The notes beneath the pieces are model-generated. The model was not told the DNA's origin. It saw nothing but the letters and a program-made list of their open reading frames with translations, and did no database searches. Positions 21,185 through 31,295 of a stretch of 64,000 nucleotides of DNA are shown one piece after another. Origin of the DNA: an uncultured Dehalococcoidia bacterium (lineage in GTDB: Bacteria; Chloroflexota; Dehalococcoidia; Lucifugimonadales; JAAXIE01); the NCBI GenBank assembly GCA_951813255.1, contig OX638353.1, positions 2,155,472 to 2,219,471 on the forward strand, written 5' to 3'. The translations under genes and the position numbers were made by a program. Numbering within the stretch: the first letter of the stretch is position 1; each line of letters opens with the position of its first letter.

Positions 21185-23896
21185 ATGGCCCAGACCCCCA
21201 AGATGGTGTACCAATTCGACGAGGGCGACGCTCGCATGCGCGACCTTCTGGGAGGCAAGGGCGCCAACCTGTGCGAGATGGCTGGCCTCGGCCTGCCCGT
21301 CCCTCCCGGCTTCGTCATCACCACCGAGACCTGCCGCGCCTACTACGACGCAGGCGGACGCTTCCCCGACGGCCTTTGGGGCGACGTCCAGTCCTACATG
21401 TCCCACGTTGAGACCTCCGCAGGCCGCGGCTTCGGTTCCGCCGACGCCCCCCTCCTCGTCTCCGTCCGCTCCGGCGCCCCCATCTCCATGCCCGGCATGA
21501 TGGACACCATCCTCAACCTCGGCATCAACGAGCAGACCGTCCACGGCCTCGCCCGGCTGATGAACAACCAGCGTGTCGCCTTCGATGCCTACCGCCGGTT
21601 CGTCGACATGTACGGACGCATCGTCCTCGGCATCGACGGCAGGGTCTTCAACGAGATCCTCGACCACCACAAAGCCCAAGCTGGTGTCACCCAGGACCAG
21701 GAACTCAGCGTAGACCAGCTACGCGGCATCGTCACCGACTTCCAAGCCGCCGTCAGACGGGAGGTTGGCGCCGAGGTCCCCCAAGACCCCTGGCAACAGC
21801 TTGAAGGCGCCATCGACGCCGTCTTCAGCAGTTGGAACGGCGCCCGCGCCATCACCTACCGCAACGCCCGCGGCATTTCCCATGACATGGGCACGGCCGT
21901 GAACGTCATGGCCATGGTTTTCGGAAACCTTGGTGACGACTCCGGCACTGGTGTGCTGTTCACGCGGAACCCCTCTACGGGACAGCGGGTCCTTTTCGGA
22001 GAGTACCTGGTCAACGCCCAAGGCGAGGACGTGGTGGCAGGCATCCGCACACCCCAGGACATCTCCAGCCTGTCCCAAGTCCTCCCCAACGTCTACACCG
22101 AGCTTGAAGGCCTCGCCAACGGCCTCGAAGCCCACTACCGCGATGTCCAGGACATCGAGTTCACCGTGGAAGCAGGACGCCTCTTTGTCCTCCAGACCCG
22201 CAACGCCGCCCGCGCCCCCCAAGCCGCCGTCGCCTCAGCCGTCGAGATGGTCGGCGAGGGCCTCATCACCCGCGAGGAAGCCCTAGCCCGCATCGACGCC
22301 GAGGACCTCGCGTCGCTCTTCGTTCCCCAGTTCCAGTCCACCGAGAAAGACCGCGCCGCGCCCCTAGCCCGCGGCACCGGCGCATCCCCCGGAGCCTGCG
22401 CTGGTCACGTCTACTTCGACAGCGAAGCCGCAATAGCCGCTTCTCAGGAAGGCATCAACGCAGTGCTCGTTCGCCCCGAGACCGATCCCGAGGACATCGG
22501 AGGCATTCTCGCCTCCGTCGGAGTCCTCACCAGCCGGGGCGGCGTCACCAGCCACGCCGCCGTCGTCACCCGCGGCTTGGGCAAAGCCTGCGTCGTCGGC
22601 TGCGAGGAAATCCGCGTCGACCTCCAAGCCCGCGAGTTCGTCGCCAACGGCCGCACCATCCGCGAGGGCGATCAGATCAGCATGGACGGCGCAACCGGCG
22701 AGGTCTTCGCTGGTCTCATACCCACCTTCCAGCCCGACTTGGAGCAACAGGAAGACGCTCAGGTCGTCCTCTCCTGGGCCGACCAGTCCAGCCGTCTCGG
22801 CGTGCTGGCGAATGCCGACACCCCCGACGATGCCCAGCGTGCCCGCGCGATGGGTGCTCGCGGCATCGGTCTCTGCCGCACCGAGCACATGTTCCTCGGC
22901 GACCGCGTGCCCCTCGTCCGCCAAGCCATGCTCCACGCCGCCGAGGCCGAACGTTGGCTCCAGCAGCCCCACGACGAAGGCGCCCCTGAGCCCATCGACG
23001 TCCGTGAGTACCGCGACGCCCTCGCCCAGTTGCACAAACTCCAGACCGACGACTTCATCGGCATCCTCCGCGCCATGGACGGCCTCCCCGTAATCATCCG
23101 CCTCCTCGACGCCCCCTTCCACGAGTTCATGCCCGACCACGACGACCTCGCCCGCGAACTCGAAGCCCTCTCCACTCGCGAGATGCCCGACGCCGAAGTC
23201 GAGCGCGAGATTCAACTCCTCAAGCTCGCCGAATCCGTCATCGAAGCCAACCCCATGCTCGGCCACCGCGGCTGCCGCGTCGGCATCACCTTCCCCATGA
23301 TGTACGACATGCAGGTCGACGCCATCATCACCGCCAGCATCCAGGTCCAGAAGGAAGGCCTCCACCCCAGGCCCGAGGTCATGATTCCCCTGGCATCTCA
23401 CGTCAACGAGATGACCTGGCTGCGCCAACGCCTGTTGGCCGTCATAGAGCGGGTGCAACGCGAGGCTAGCACAGAGGTCCACTGCCCCTTCGGCGCCATG
23501 ATCGAGACGCCCCGCGCAGCCATCACCGCCGACCAGGTCGCTAGGGAGTCTGACTTCTTCAGCTTCGGCACCAACGACCTCACCCAGATGGCCTACGGCT
23601 TCAGTCGCGACGACGCCGAGGGCAAGTTCCTCCGCTTCTACGTCGAGACCGGCATGCTGCCCACCGACCCCTTCGTCAGCATCGACCCCGAAGGCGTGGG
23701 TGAACTCGTCCGCATCGGCGTGGAAAAGGGCCGCTCCACCAGGCCCGGCATGGAAATGGGCATCTGCGGCGAACACGGAGGCGACCCTCGCAGCGTCACT
23801 TTCTGCCACGAAGTAGGCCTCGACTACGTCAGTTGTTCTCCCTTCCGGGTGCCGACGGCGCGTCTCGCGGCAGCGCAGGCTGCGCTGCGTGGGTAG
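21185..23896 (+). CDS. ppdK: Pyruvate, phosphate dikinase
   Basis: 903 aa. N-terminal ATP-grasp region (GGKGANLCEMAGLGLPVPPGF), phospho-His domain (GGVTSHAAVVTRGLGKACVVGC) and a C-terminal PEP-utilizing domain. Confidence 0.9.
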   Translation: MAQTPKMVYQFDEGDARMRDLLGGKGANLCEMAGLGLPVPPGFVITTETCRAYYDAGGRFPDGLWGDVQSYMSHVETSAGRGFGSADAPLLVSVRSGAPISMPGMMDTILNLGINEQTVHGLARLMNNQRVAFDAYRRFVDMYGRIVLGIDGRVFNEILDHHKAQAGVTQDQELSVDQLRGIVTDFQAAVRREVGAEVPQDPWQQLEGAIDAVFSSWNGARAITYRNARGISHDMGTAVNVMAMVFGNLGDDSGTGVLFTRNPSTGQRVLFGEYLVNAQGEDVVAGIRTPQDISSLSQVLPNVYTELEGLANGLEAHYRDVQDIEFTVEAGRLFVLQTRNAARAPQAAVASAVEMVGEGLITREEALARIDAEDLASLFVPQFQSTEKDRAAPLARGTGASPGACAGHVYFDSEAAIAASQEGINAVLVRPETDPEDIGGILASVGVLTSRGGVTSHAAVVTRGLGKACVVGCEEIRVDLQAREFVANGRTIREGDQISMDGATGEVFAGLIPTFQPDLEQQEDAQVVLSWADQSSRLGVLANADTPDDAQRARAMGARGIGLCRTEHMFLGDRVPLVRQAMLHAAEAERWLQQPHDEGAPEPIDVREYRDALAQLHKLQTDDFIGILRAMDGLPVIIRLLDAPFHEFMPDHDDLARELEALSTREMPDAEVEREIQLLKLAESVIEANPMLGHRGCRVGITFPMMYDMQVDAIITASIQVQKEGLHPRPEVMIPLASHVNEMTWLRQRLLAVIERVQREASTEVHCPFGAMIETPRAAITADQVARESDFFSFGTNDLTQMAYGFSRDDAEGKFLRFYVETGMLPTDPFVSIDPEGVGELVRIGVEKGRSTRPGMEMGICGEHGGDPRSVTFCHEVGLDYVSCSPFRVPTARLAAAQAALRG

Positions 23897-24183
23897 CCAA
23901 GGCCTCTGAGCGTAGAGGCGTGGGAAGTTCATGCACTGCCCGGCCGTAATGGCGCCGCCGGAGAGTAGGCGGGCCGCCATACTGGCCATGCAATTCCAAG
24001 GCATGCCTCTAGCTGAGGGGCGTGCAATGGCGTGGGACTGTCGAGCCGAGTTGCAGGGCCACGGTTCGTCGGCTAGGGCCGGGGCGGAAGTCCGTAGACC
24101 TCTCCCTCGCTGTAGCTCAGCTTAGTACTCAGGCCGGGGGTACCAAGAGACATGCGATGGGTTAGAGACTCCGCCCATCGCGG

Positions 24184-25989
24184 TTATGCAAGAGTTTCCT
24201 GCATGGGATACGCCCTTTTGCTCTCCTTCCAGTTCCTAGCCTGAAGTAACATTTCCGAGGCGTTGGTGCGGGTCGCACCGCTATCGGAGCCTAGCATCTG
24301 ACTGAGTTCCGTCACCCTGTCCTCGCCGTCCAGGACCTCCACCAATGTCACGGTCCTGTCATGTGAGGCGAGTTTTGTAACCTTAGCGTGATGGTCTGCA
24401 TAGCACGCTATTTGTGGGAGGTGAGTTACACATAGCACCTGGTGGCTATTGGACAGACCCCACAGTTTCTCACCCACGACACCCCCGACTCGGCCTCCTA
24501 TTCCCGCATCGACTTCGTCGAACACGAGTATCGGAATCTGGTCGGCACTCGATAGGATTGTCTTTATGGCGAGCATCAGTCTGGAGGCTTCTCCTCCCGA
24601 GGCGATCCTGGCTAGAGGTCGTGGGGGTTCACCCGGGTTCAGAGAAATCAGGAATTCCACAGAGTCTACACCTGTCCCGTTGAACGCGAGGTGCCTGACG
24701 GACTCCCCGCCCAAAGAAGGTTTTGCGCTGGAGCCCGACTCCACGGTCCCAACGGGCACACCGTCATCCGAGTCTGATTGACGGATATCCACAATCACTT
24801 GAGCGTGTCCCAAGGGCAGTCCTGCGACCTCTTCCTCTATGGCATCAGACAAGCGCGTGGCTGCCTGTTGCCGGGCTTCGGAGAGCTGGCCCGCAAGTCT
24901 GCCAACCTGCGTTAGAAGCTTGGTCTCTCGGGATTTCAATTCCTCAGTACGCTCTTCGCTGTTATGCAGGGTTTCCAACTCCTGCGAGACCGTCTCACCA
25001 AAGGCCTGGATTTCCTCGATAGTACCGCCATACTTCCTCTTGAGACTGTTGATCAAGCCCAAACGCTCCTCGACCTCCTCAAGACGGTTCGCGCTATGTT
25101 CGATGCCATCACGATAGCCTCGGAGAGCACGCGCCAACTCCTCTACCTGGTGGGTCAAGGCGTCTGCCGACTCACGGTTCTGATTCAACGAGGGGTCCAG
25201 TCGTTCCAGCTCGGAAAGGTCCTTGGACACCTGTCCGATAAGGTCCATGACCGATTCGTGCCGACCAGAGCCATCGGATAACGCCCTGTAGGCTTGGTCG
25301 GAGAGTGTGATGATTCGCTCTGCGTTCGCGGCTCGGTCCCTTTCCAGTGTCAGATCATGGTCTTCAGTTGGCTGCAGATTCGCGGTGCTGATCTCCTCTA
25401 CCTGGTATCTCAGATAGTCCATGCGTTGACCGAGCTCTTCTTCATCCTTCAAAAGCTTGTCCAACTCTTGGCGCGCCTCCGCTAGTTGACGGACTTTCTC
25501 CGCCACCTCGCCGCGAAGTTGCCATAGCCCTCCATACTTATCCAGGATATCCATATGCTCACGCACACGGAAAAGGGACAAGTGCTCATTTTGGCCATGG
25601 ATGTCTACCAAGTATTGGACCACTGAGCTTAGCATCCTGAGAGGTACGATTCGCCCATTCACACGGCAGGTGTTGCGTCCATCAAGATTGACCTCCCGCG
25701 CGAGAATTATCTCCCCTTCGGATACGTCAATCTCGTACTCAGCAAGAGCAACATTGATTCTCTGAAACACGTCGTCCCGAAGTAGGAAGATGCCCTCTAC
25801 CCTAGACTGCCGAGCACCGGAACGTACCATGCCCACATCGGCACGTCCTCCGAGTAGAAGGCTCAGCGCGTCCACGATGATCGACTTGCCCGCCCCCGTC
25901 TCCCCGGTTAGCACACTGAAGCCCGGCGCGAACTCGATTTCAAGCTGTTCTATGGTGGCCAGGTTGGTGACACTAAGAAGCCTTAGCAT
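24184..25989 (-). CDS. recN: DNA repair protein RecN
   Basis: N-terminal Walker A (LTGETGAGKSIIVDAL), long coiled coil, C-terminal Walker B / signature region. 601 aa. Confidence 0.85.
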   Translation of the reverse strand: MLRLLSVTNLATIEQLEIEFAPGFSVLTGETGAGKSIIVDALSLLLGGRADVGMVRSGARQSRVEGIFLLRDDVFQRINVALAEYEIDVSEGEIILAREVNLDGRNTCRVNGRIVPLRMLSSVVQYLVDIHGQNEHLSLFRVREHMDILDKYGGLWQLRGEVAEKVRQLAEARQELDKLLKDEEELGQRMDYLRYQVEEISTANLQPTEDHDLTLERDRAANAERIITLSDQAYRALSDGSGRHESVMDLIGQVSKDLSELERLDPSLNQNRESADALTHQVEELARALRGYRDGIEHSANRLEEVEERLGLINSLKRKYGGTIEEIQAFGETVSQELETLHNSEERTEELKSRETKLLTQVGRLAGQLSEARQQAATRLSDAIEEEVAGLPLGHAQVIVDIRQSDSDDGVPVGTVESGSSAKPSLGGESVRHLAFNGTGVDSVEFLISLNPGEPPRPLARIASGGEASRLMLAIKTILSSADQIPILVFDEVDAGIGGRVGGVVGEKLWGLSNSHQVLCVTHLPQIACYADHHAKVTKLASHDRTVTLVEVLDGEDRVTELSQMLGSDSGATRTNASEMLLQARNWKESKRAYPMQETLA

Positions 25990-26392
25990 GGCTATGTCCG
26001 GACCTCCACCCTTCCTAGCGGTGCCCTTGGCCTACCAAAATACTGGTCACATTTGCGCCCATGCAGATGCAACGTCGAGATGTAAGCGAGGGACGGAGCC
26101 CCGCTTGTTCAAGAATTATGAGGTCAATCCCAATAAATCGAAAGACCTTCGAGTTAACGGCCAAGTCGTCCGCCCGTGATACTGCGAGAGTCCTGCTACA
26201 TATCTTCCGTGGTCCATCCTGCCCGAGGAGAGCTCCAGTGCTACTCGAAGTCTGGGAAGACAACTCGGCGGACGAAGCCCACAACGTCCGGAACACGAAG
26301 CATCCTGAAGCCTCTTGCCATCACCATTCTGGCGCGCATGTCATCTCAGGGAGTGGTGCTCATTGAACGGACTACCGAATGAGAGGGGGATG

Positions 26393-26467
26393 TGGAGCCG
26401 GCGAGGGGATTCGAACCCTTGACCTGCGGTTTACGAAACCGCTGCTCTGCCACTGAGCTACGCCGGC
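26393..26467 (-). tRNA. tRNA-Thr (anticodon CGU)
   Basis: The reverse complement is GCCGGCGTAGCTCAGTGGCAGAGCAGCGGTTTCGTAAACCGCAGGTCAAGGGTTCGAATCCCCTCGCCGGCTCCA. It has a 7-bp acceptor stem, anticodon loop TTCGTAA, a TTCGAAT T-loop and encoded CCA. One A-C mismatch sits in the T stem. Confidence 0.85.
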
Positions 26468-26472
26468 AGTCC

Positions 26473-26507
26473 TATAATTATAGAGAGGCCAGCCTTGGGT
26501 TAGCAAA
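26473..26507 (-). promoter_or_regulatory. Putative sigma70-like promoter for tRNA-Thr. On the minus strand: -35 TTGCTA, ~18-nt spacer, -10 TATAAT about 9 nt before the mature 5' end.
   Basis: Reverse complement of 26470-26510 reads ...gTTTGCTAacccaaggctggcctctcTATAATtataggact|GCCGGCG. Confidence 0.4.
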
Positions 26508-26618
26508 CGCATAGCCCGCCCCGCTGGAATTCGCGTCGGGCTACCAACAACGTGCAGCTTGTCCTAAACTACCGTCAAACCACGGTGACCAATTCAACCC
26601 GGCGACGGAGGTGCCCGA

Positions 26619-27479
26619 TTGGCGCTACAGCAGGTGACCAGCAATGTGTTCACGGATATAACGTGCAGGGGGTGTAATTTCGGGTTTCTGACGACCTCGG
26701 ATGGCATCGTTATGTTCGATAGCCCCCACAAGCCCAGCGATGCCATGGCACTCAAGGCGGAGTTGGCGCGCCGGGGAGAGTTGCGCTACATCATCAATAC
26801 CGAGCCCCATGGGGACCACTGGACGGGCAACTCCTTCTTCGATGTGCCAGTGATCGCCCATGAGGGAGTGCGACGGCGCATCCTGGAGACTGACCTTGAA
26901 CAGCATGTGCAGCGGACAGCCTCCTTTGGCCCCGACGAGCCCCAGTACATGGAAGGCTACCAGTTCAACGCTCCTGCCATCACCTTCGAGAACGGCATGA
27001 CCCTGAGGGTCGGCGACCACACCATCCAGATCATCCACATGCCCGGGCACACCGCCTACCAAGCGGCCATCTGCATCAAGGAAGAGGGCGTGGTGTGGAC
27101 CAGCGACAACGTTTTCAACAAGGTGCAGAGCTTCCTCCAGGAATGCAGTCCTGACCAGTGGCTAACTGCGGTGGAGTCGCTCCGTCGCTTGGACGAGGAG
27201 ATATTCGTTCCGGGTCACGGCGAAATTTGCGGCAAGGAATACCTGGACGAGCAGGGCTCTTATATCCAGGAATGGAAGGACTACGTGTGGAATGCTGTGG
27301 AGCGGGGCATGAGCAAGGAGGATGCCATCTACAGCCTGACCAACCTGACGGAGCGGTATCCCATGGAAGCAGCCCACCAAGATGCAGCGGCTGTCATGCG
27401 GATGAACGTGGCTAACCTGCACGACTACCTCACGGGAAACTGGGTGCCATCGAACCCCCAAGCCCCTCCGGCCCGGTAG
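26619..27479 (+). CDS. MBL-fold metallo-hydrolase
   Basis: EPHGDHW (HxHxDH) zinc-binding motif, 286 aa. Confidence 0.75.
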   Translation: MALQQVTSNVFTDITCRGCNFGFLTTSDGIVMFDSPHKPSDAMALKAELARRGELRYIINTEPHGDHWTGNSFFDVPVIAHEGVRRRILETDLEQHVQRTASFGPDEPQYMEGYQFNAPAITFENGMTLRVGDHTIQIIHMPGHTAYQAAICIKEEGVVWTSDNVFNKVQSFLQECSPDQWLTAVESLRRLDEEIFVPGHGEICGKEYLDEQGSYIQEWKDYVWNAVERGMSKEDAIYSLTNLTERYPMEAAHQDAAAVMRMNVANLHDYLTGNWVPSNPQAPPAR

Positions 27480-27555
27480 GGGCTACGCTCCCTGTGCCAG
27501 TAGACGGGAGATGGATGCGAGTTTAGCTTTCCCATCCATCTCCCGTCTCTTCATC

Positions 27556-28656
27556 CTACAGGTTGTACAACGCTTTCGGATTGTGGCAGAGAATGCGCTC
27601 CCGGGTGGCCTCGTCGATGCCGTCCATGCCCCTGAAGATGGAGATGGCATCGATCTCGCTGGACGGGTCGGTGTGGCCGTAGTCGGTGCCGATGACGATG
27701 GAGTTGGGGCCAGCGTATTTCAGCACATACGGGATGTCGTCGTCGGTCTGGCAGGTGACGTATATCTGCCGCTCCCCGAACATGTCCTCGGGCTGAGCCA
27801 TACCCCGGGCTTCGTAGCGACGGGCCACCTCGTGGTGTATCCATGGCACCCACTGGGCCGAGGCCTCGATGATCCCCCACCGCAGCTTGGGGAAGAGCTT
27901 GGGCGCCTCGCCCATCAGCAGGGCGTAGGTCGCAACAATCGTAGGCACCCGGAAGAGGGCGAAGGCCATCGTGTTGAAGCCCTCAGGGAACCCGCGCAGC
28001 AGTTGGACATTGGTTGGATTGGCATTGGCGATGTGCACGGCCACGGCCATGTTGAGGTTGGTGGCCTCCTCGTACACTGGGTAGAAGTAGGGGTCGGTCA
28101 GCGAGCGGTCGCCTTCGAGGGGACGCATGCAAACGGCCACTGAGCCGTTCTCTTTGGCGAAGCGCATCTGGTTCACGGCCTCGTCGAGGGACAGGGTGGG
28201 TATCACGCAGGACCAGTTCAGACGCCCGTTCGACTGCCGGTAGACATCGGCCAGCCACTTGTTCCAAGACCGGCAGAGAGCGGCCTCGCAATCGGGGTCC
28301 TGCGTTACCTGCTCAATCCACATCGTGTTGTGCAGCACTTGCACGTCGATGCCCAGTTGGTCCATGTGGTGGAGGCGCAGCGATACGTCGTCGAGTTCGC
28401 GAGCGGCCTTGGGGGTGGACATGTCCCGGTTGGCCTTGCGCGATAGCTCCTCCAGTTGCTCCTCGCTCAGGTCGGCGAAGCGAAAGCCAGCAGTTGCTCC
28501 GTGGATGGCCCACATCTGGCGCTCCGCGTCATAGGGGTTGGGCAGCAGCACGGGGCGGAACTTCTCCTCCGCGGGTTCCAGATAGTCCCAGGTGCGCTCG
28601 GTCTCGATGACATGAGCATCAGCGTCGATAACCTGTAGCTTGGTCTGGGTCGCCAT
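27556..28656 (-). CDS. Amidohydrolase-2 family protein (ACMSD-like metal-dependent hydrolase/decarboxylase)
   Basis: N-terminal IDADAHVIE metal-binding motif, 366 aa TIM-barrel size. Confidence 0.65.
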   Translation of the reverse strand: MATQTKLQVIDADAHVIETERTWDYLEPAEEKFRPVLLPNPYDAERQMWAIHGATAGFRFADLSEEQLEELSRKANRDMSTPKAARELDDVSLRLHHMDQLGIDVQVLHNTMWIEQVTQDPDCEAALCRSWNKWLADVYRQSNGRLNWSCVIPTLSLDEAVNQMRFAKENGSVAVCMRPLEGDRSLTDPYFYPVYEEATNLNMAVAVHIANANPTNVQLLRGFPEGFNTMAFALFRVPTIVATYALLMGEAPKLFPKLRWGIIEASAQWVPWIHHEVARRYEARGMAQPEDMFGERQIYVTCQTDDDIPYVLKYAGPNSIVIGTDYGHTDPSSEIDAISIFRGMDGIDEATRERILCHNPKALYNL

Positions 28657-28865
28657 TAAGCACCTCCTACCGGTTCTTGAGTAGAAGACCCTGTCTTAAG
28701 GGGCATTCTAGCAGGGGGGCAGGTTGGTGCAAAGCAACGGCCTCCAAGGATCGATCCGGGCCTTGGTCAAGCCCTTTCGCCAGCCGCTATAACCAGCCGC
28801 TATAATCAGTAACGCCATCCCAGTTGTCGTAACCGAGCACGTCCCCAAGCAACTTGTACTAGCTT

Positions 28866-29930
28866 ATGCACGAAGAAACGGCACACCAAAACCTGCCCCA
28901 GCCCCGCATATCCAGACAGCGAGCAGGAGGGCTCCGTGCCCTGCTGCTCGCGCTCAGCATCCTGACCCTCTTCGCCCTCTCCTTGACATGCGGCACATCC
29001 CCCGACGTAACCCCCAGCCCAACCCCCACCCTACTCCCTCTGCCTACTTCCGCAGCCACTTCCGAGCCACCCCCGCTCACGCCCACGCCAACCGTACCGG
29101 AGCCACCACCAGCCCCATCCTTACCCGCAACAATACAACCAGTAGCCACACCCGCGCCGGAGCCACCACCTGCTACCCCCACACCCACGACGGAACCACC
29201 TCCAGCTACCCACGCGCCCACGCCGGAACCACCACCAACCACGCCCGAACCTACACCAGAGACGCCACCAGCCACGCCCGAACCTACACCAGAGACGCCA
29301 CCAGCCACCCCCGAACCTACACCAGAGCCGCCACTAGCCACGCCCGAACCCACACCGGAGCCGCCACCAACTACGCCCGAACCCACACCGGAGCCGCCAC
29401 CCGCTACCCCCGAACCTACGCCAGAGCCGCCACCCGCTACCCCCGAACCCACACCCACCCCCGAAGTCGGCACCAGCATCGGCAACCTAGCCCCAGACTT
29501 CCAGCTACCCTCCGCCCAAGGCTCCAACCACTTCCTGGCATCCTATCGCGGCGAGAAAAACCTGGTCCTGGTGTTCTACCGCGCCTTCTGGTGAACATAC
29601 TGCCGCAGGCAGCTGGATCAGCTGTCAAATAACTACGACGACATCACAGCCCTCGACGCCGAAATACTCGCCATCAGCGTCGACGACCTCAGCGGCGCCA
29701 CCGACATCGCCGACAGGGTAGGCATCCCCTTCCCCGTCCTCTACGACCCCGAAGGCACCGTCCCCAAGGCCTACATGGTCTACGGCCTCCTCGAACCCAA
29801 CCGCGCCGCCCCCTCCACCTTCATCCTCGACAAAAACGGCATCATCACCTGGAAATACATAGGCGCCACCATCTCCGACCGCACAGGCCCCTACAGCATC
29901 ACCCGCGAACTCCAAGCCATCCAAACCTAG
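28866..29930 (+). CDS. Putative selenoprotein: membrane-anchored Prx-like/AhpC-TSA-family thiol-disulfide oxidoreductase with an in-frame TGA (29592..29594) at the first position of the CxxC redox motif (FYRAFW-U-TYC).
   Basis: The 28866..29594 ORF has a signal/anchor (RISRQRAGGLRALLLALSILTLFALSLTCG) and ~190 aa of Pro/Thr/Glu repeats (TPEPTPEPPPA, about 8 copies). It ends at TGA exactly where the Prx_like/Bcp consensus (VLVFYRGxWCPxC) has the redox Cys. The same frame then runs without a start codon for 111 further codons encoding the rest of the thioredoxin fold (TYCRRQLDQL...ILAISVDD...GIPFPVLYDPEG...AYMVYG...STFILDKNGII) to TAG at 29928..29930. Hairpin-capable sequence lies just 3' of the TGA (GCCGCAGGCAGCUGGAUCAGCUGUC). 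Confidence 0.6.
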
Positions 29931-30204
29931 CATCTCCAGCACCCCCACTGCCCGCCTAGCCGCCGCCATAGGAGCCTTTGTCCCAAACTAACCACTTGCT
30001 ACAGCCGTCCATGGATTCCGCCTTCCACAGTTCGACGCAAGGTACCGTTACATTCCTTACGGTGTGCTAGGGTAAACTATCTTTGCATGATGTCATTTGA
30101 CAGCTATTGACATATACTACTGTACTGTACTAACCTGCCCCTGTAGCAATCGCGCAATCACCGGGAGGGGCCCTTTGGCAGACTCCGGCGACCCCGAAGC
30201 TCTG

Positions 30205-30645
30205 ATGTCGTTGCACGATGTGGCCCAATACCTGGCCATGACCGACCGCACCATCTACGACTGGGCCCAGACCGGCCGCATCCCCGCCTTCAAGCTGGGC
30301 GCCACCTGGCGCTTCCGCCGCTCCGAAATCGACGCTTGGCTCCAGAGCCAGCGCTCCGGCCCCGAAGTGTCCCCAGCCAAGCGTCAACCCTCGCAACCGC
30401 TGATACCCCGCACCGACCCCGAACCCACCCGGCGGCAACGGGTCGCTGCCTGCAAGGCAGAGATAGAGACGGCGATATCGGACTCCACGCGAACTACCTT
30501 CCTGATCAGCCAGTTCGAGGATGAGTTCGGCACGAACGTGGTGAGCGAGGCCCTTGAGGAACTGCGCAAGGAAAAGCGAATCACCGTCACCCACATCAAA
30601 GGCCGCGACGGCCTCAGAAATCGAGTCATACGAAGAAGGAGTTGA
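30205..30645 (+). CDS. Helix-turn-helix DNA-binding protein (excisionase/MerR-like HTH_17) with a ~90-aa C-terminal extension
   Basis: MSLHDVAQYLAMTDRTIYDWAQTGRIPAFKLGATWRFRRSEIDAWL matches the excisionase-family HTH. The ORF track extends to 30097, but the domain begins at the 30205 ATG. Confidence 0.6.
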   Translation: MSLHDVAQYLAMTDRTIYDWAQTGRIPAFKLGATWRFRRSEIDAWLQSQRSGPEVSPAKRQPSQPLIPRTDPEPTRRQRVAACKAEIETAISDSTRTTFLISQFEDEFGTNVVSEALEELRKEKRITVTHIKGRDGLRNRVIRRRS

Positions 30646-30648
30646 ACC

Positions 30649-31191
30649 ATGGGCATACTGGGATTCGGCAGAGCCAACAAGCTGGAAGACCTCAAGATCG
30701 ACGACCTTCGCCGCGAACGGGTGGTGCAGGAGGTCGAGCAGGACAACTCTCTCAGGGCCATCCGTCGCGCCCAGCAGGAATACGACCGGCGCCTCCAGTT
30801 GGCCTCTGAGCCAGGTGTATCCGACGCCGAGAAGGACGTAGCTGCCTACCGCATGAAGATAGCCCGGAAGACCAAGGCCAAGTCCGAGACTGACCTGCAG
30901 CAGACCATCACCCGCATGACGGTCCTGGACTCTGCCATCGACGTCATCCACTTGAAGCGCGACCTCCAGAAGAACGGCGTCTGGAAGCGCATCAACGACC
31001 TCGACCCCGAAACCCTCGAAAGGCAACTCAAGGACATCGCCGTCAAGACCAAGGGCTCCAACAACAAGCTAAAGACCATCGTCGACATCCTCGAGAAGGA
31101 TGAGGCCGACGTAGCCTATGAACGAGGCCCGGAATACGACGAGGCCCGGGCAGAAATTGAGCGCATGGCGCAGGAGAAGAGCGGCTGGTAG
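30649..31191 (+). CDS. Coiled-coil protein (180 aa). Possibly PspA/IM30/ESCRT-III-like, but fold unverified.
   Basis: ATG 8 nt after GAAGGAG, 3 nt after the HTH-gene stop. The N-terminus MGILGFGR is reminiscent of the PspA MGIFSRF start. Highly charged heptad-like sequence throughout. Confidence 0.45.
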   Translation: MGILGFGRANKLEDLKIDDLRRERVVQEVEQDNSLRAIRRAQQEYDRRLQLASEPGVSDAEKDVAAYRMKIARKTKAKSETDLQQTITRMTVLDSAIDVIHLKRDLQKNGVWKRINDLDPETLERQLKDIAVKTKGSNNKLKTIVDILEKDEADVAYERGPEYDEARAEIERMAQEKSGW

Positions 31192-31295
31192 TGCCGCGGT
31201 GATGGGTAGCGCACCGACAGCGAGTAGGCCTTCGCTTTCCTGTCTAGCAACGGGTGATGGGCACTTTCGTGCTCTGTCGGCAATGGGAGGTCAAT

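Noticed and set aside
22364-24004. Minus-strand 546-aa ORF
   Set aside because: It is antisense to ppdK, which has unambiguous conserved motifs on the plus strand. This is a typical high-GC antisense open frame.
24100-24140. tRNA-like GTAGCTCAG (D-loop-like) motif downstream of ppdK
   Set aside because: No T-loop, anticodon arm or acceptor pairing can be built. It is likely coincidental.
28783-28810. 13-bp direct duplication CCAGCCGCTATAA x2 upstream of the selenoprotein gene as a promoter
   Set aside because: It contains a TATAAT hexamer, but no convincing -35 at proper spacing. It is mentioned only as a possible -10 and was not called as a feature.
29625-29969. Minus-strand 114-aa ORF
   Set aside because: It lies entirely inside the thioredoxin-fold-encoding segment of the putative selenoprotein on the plus strand. 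Its translation is Gly/Ala/Val-rich GC noise.
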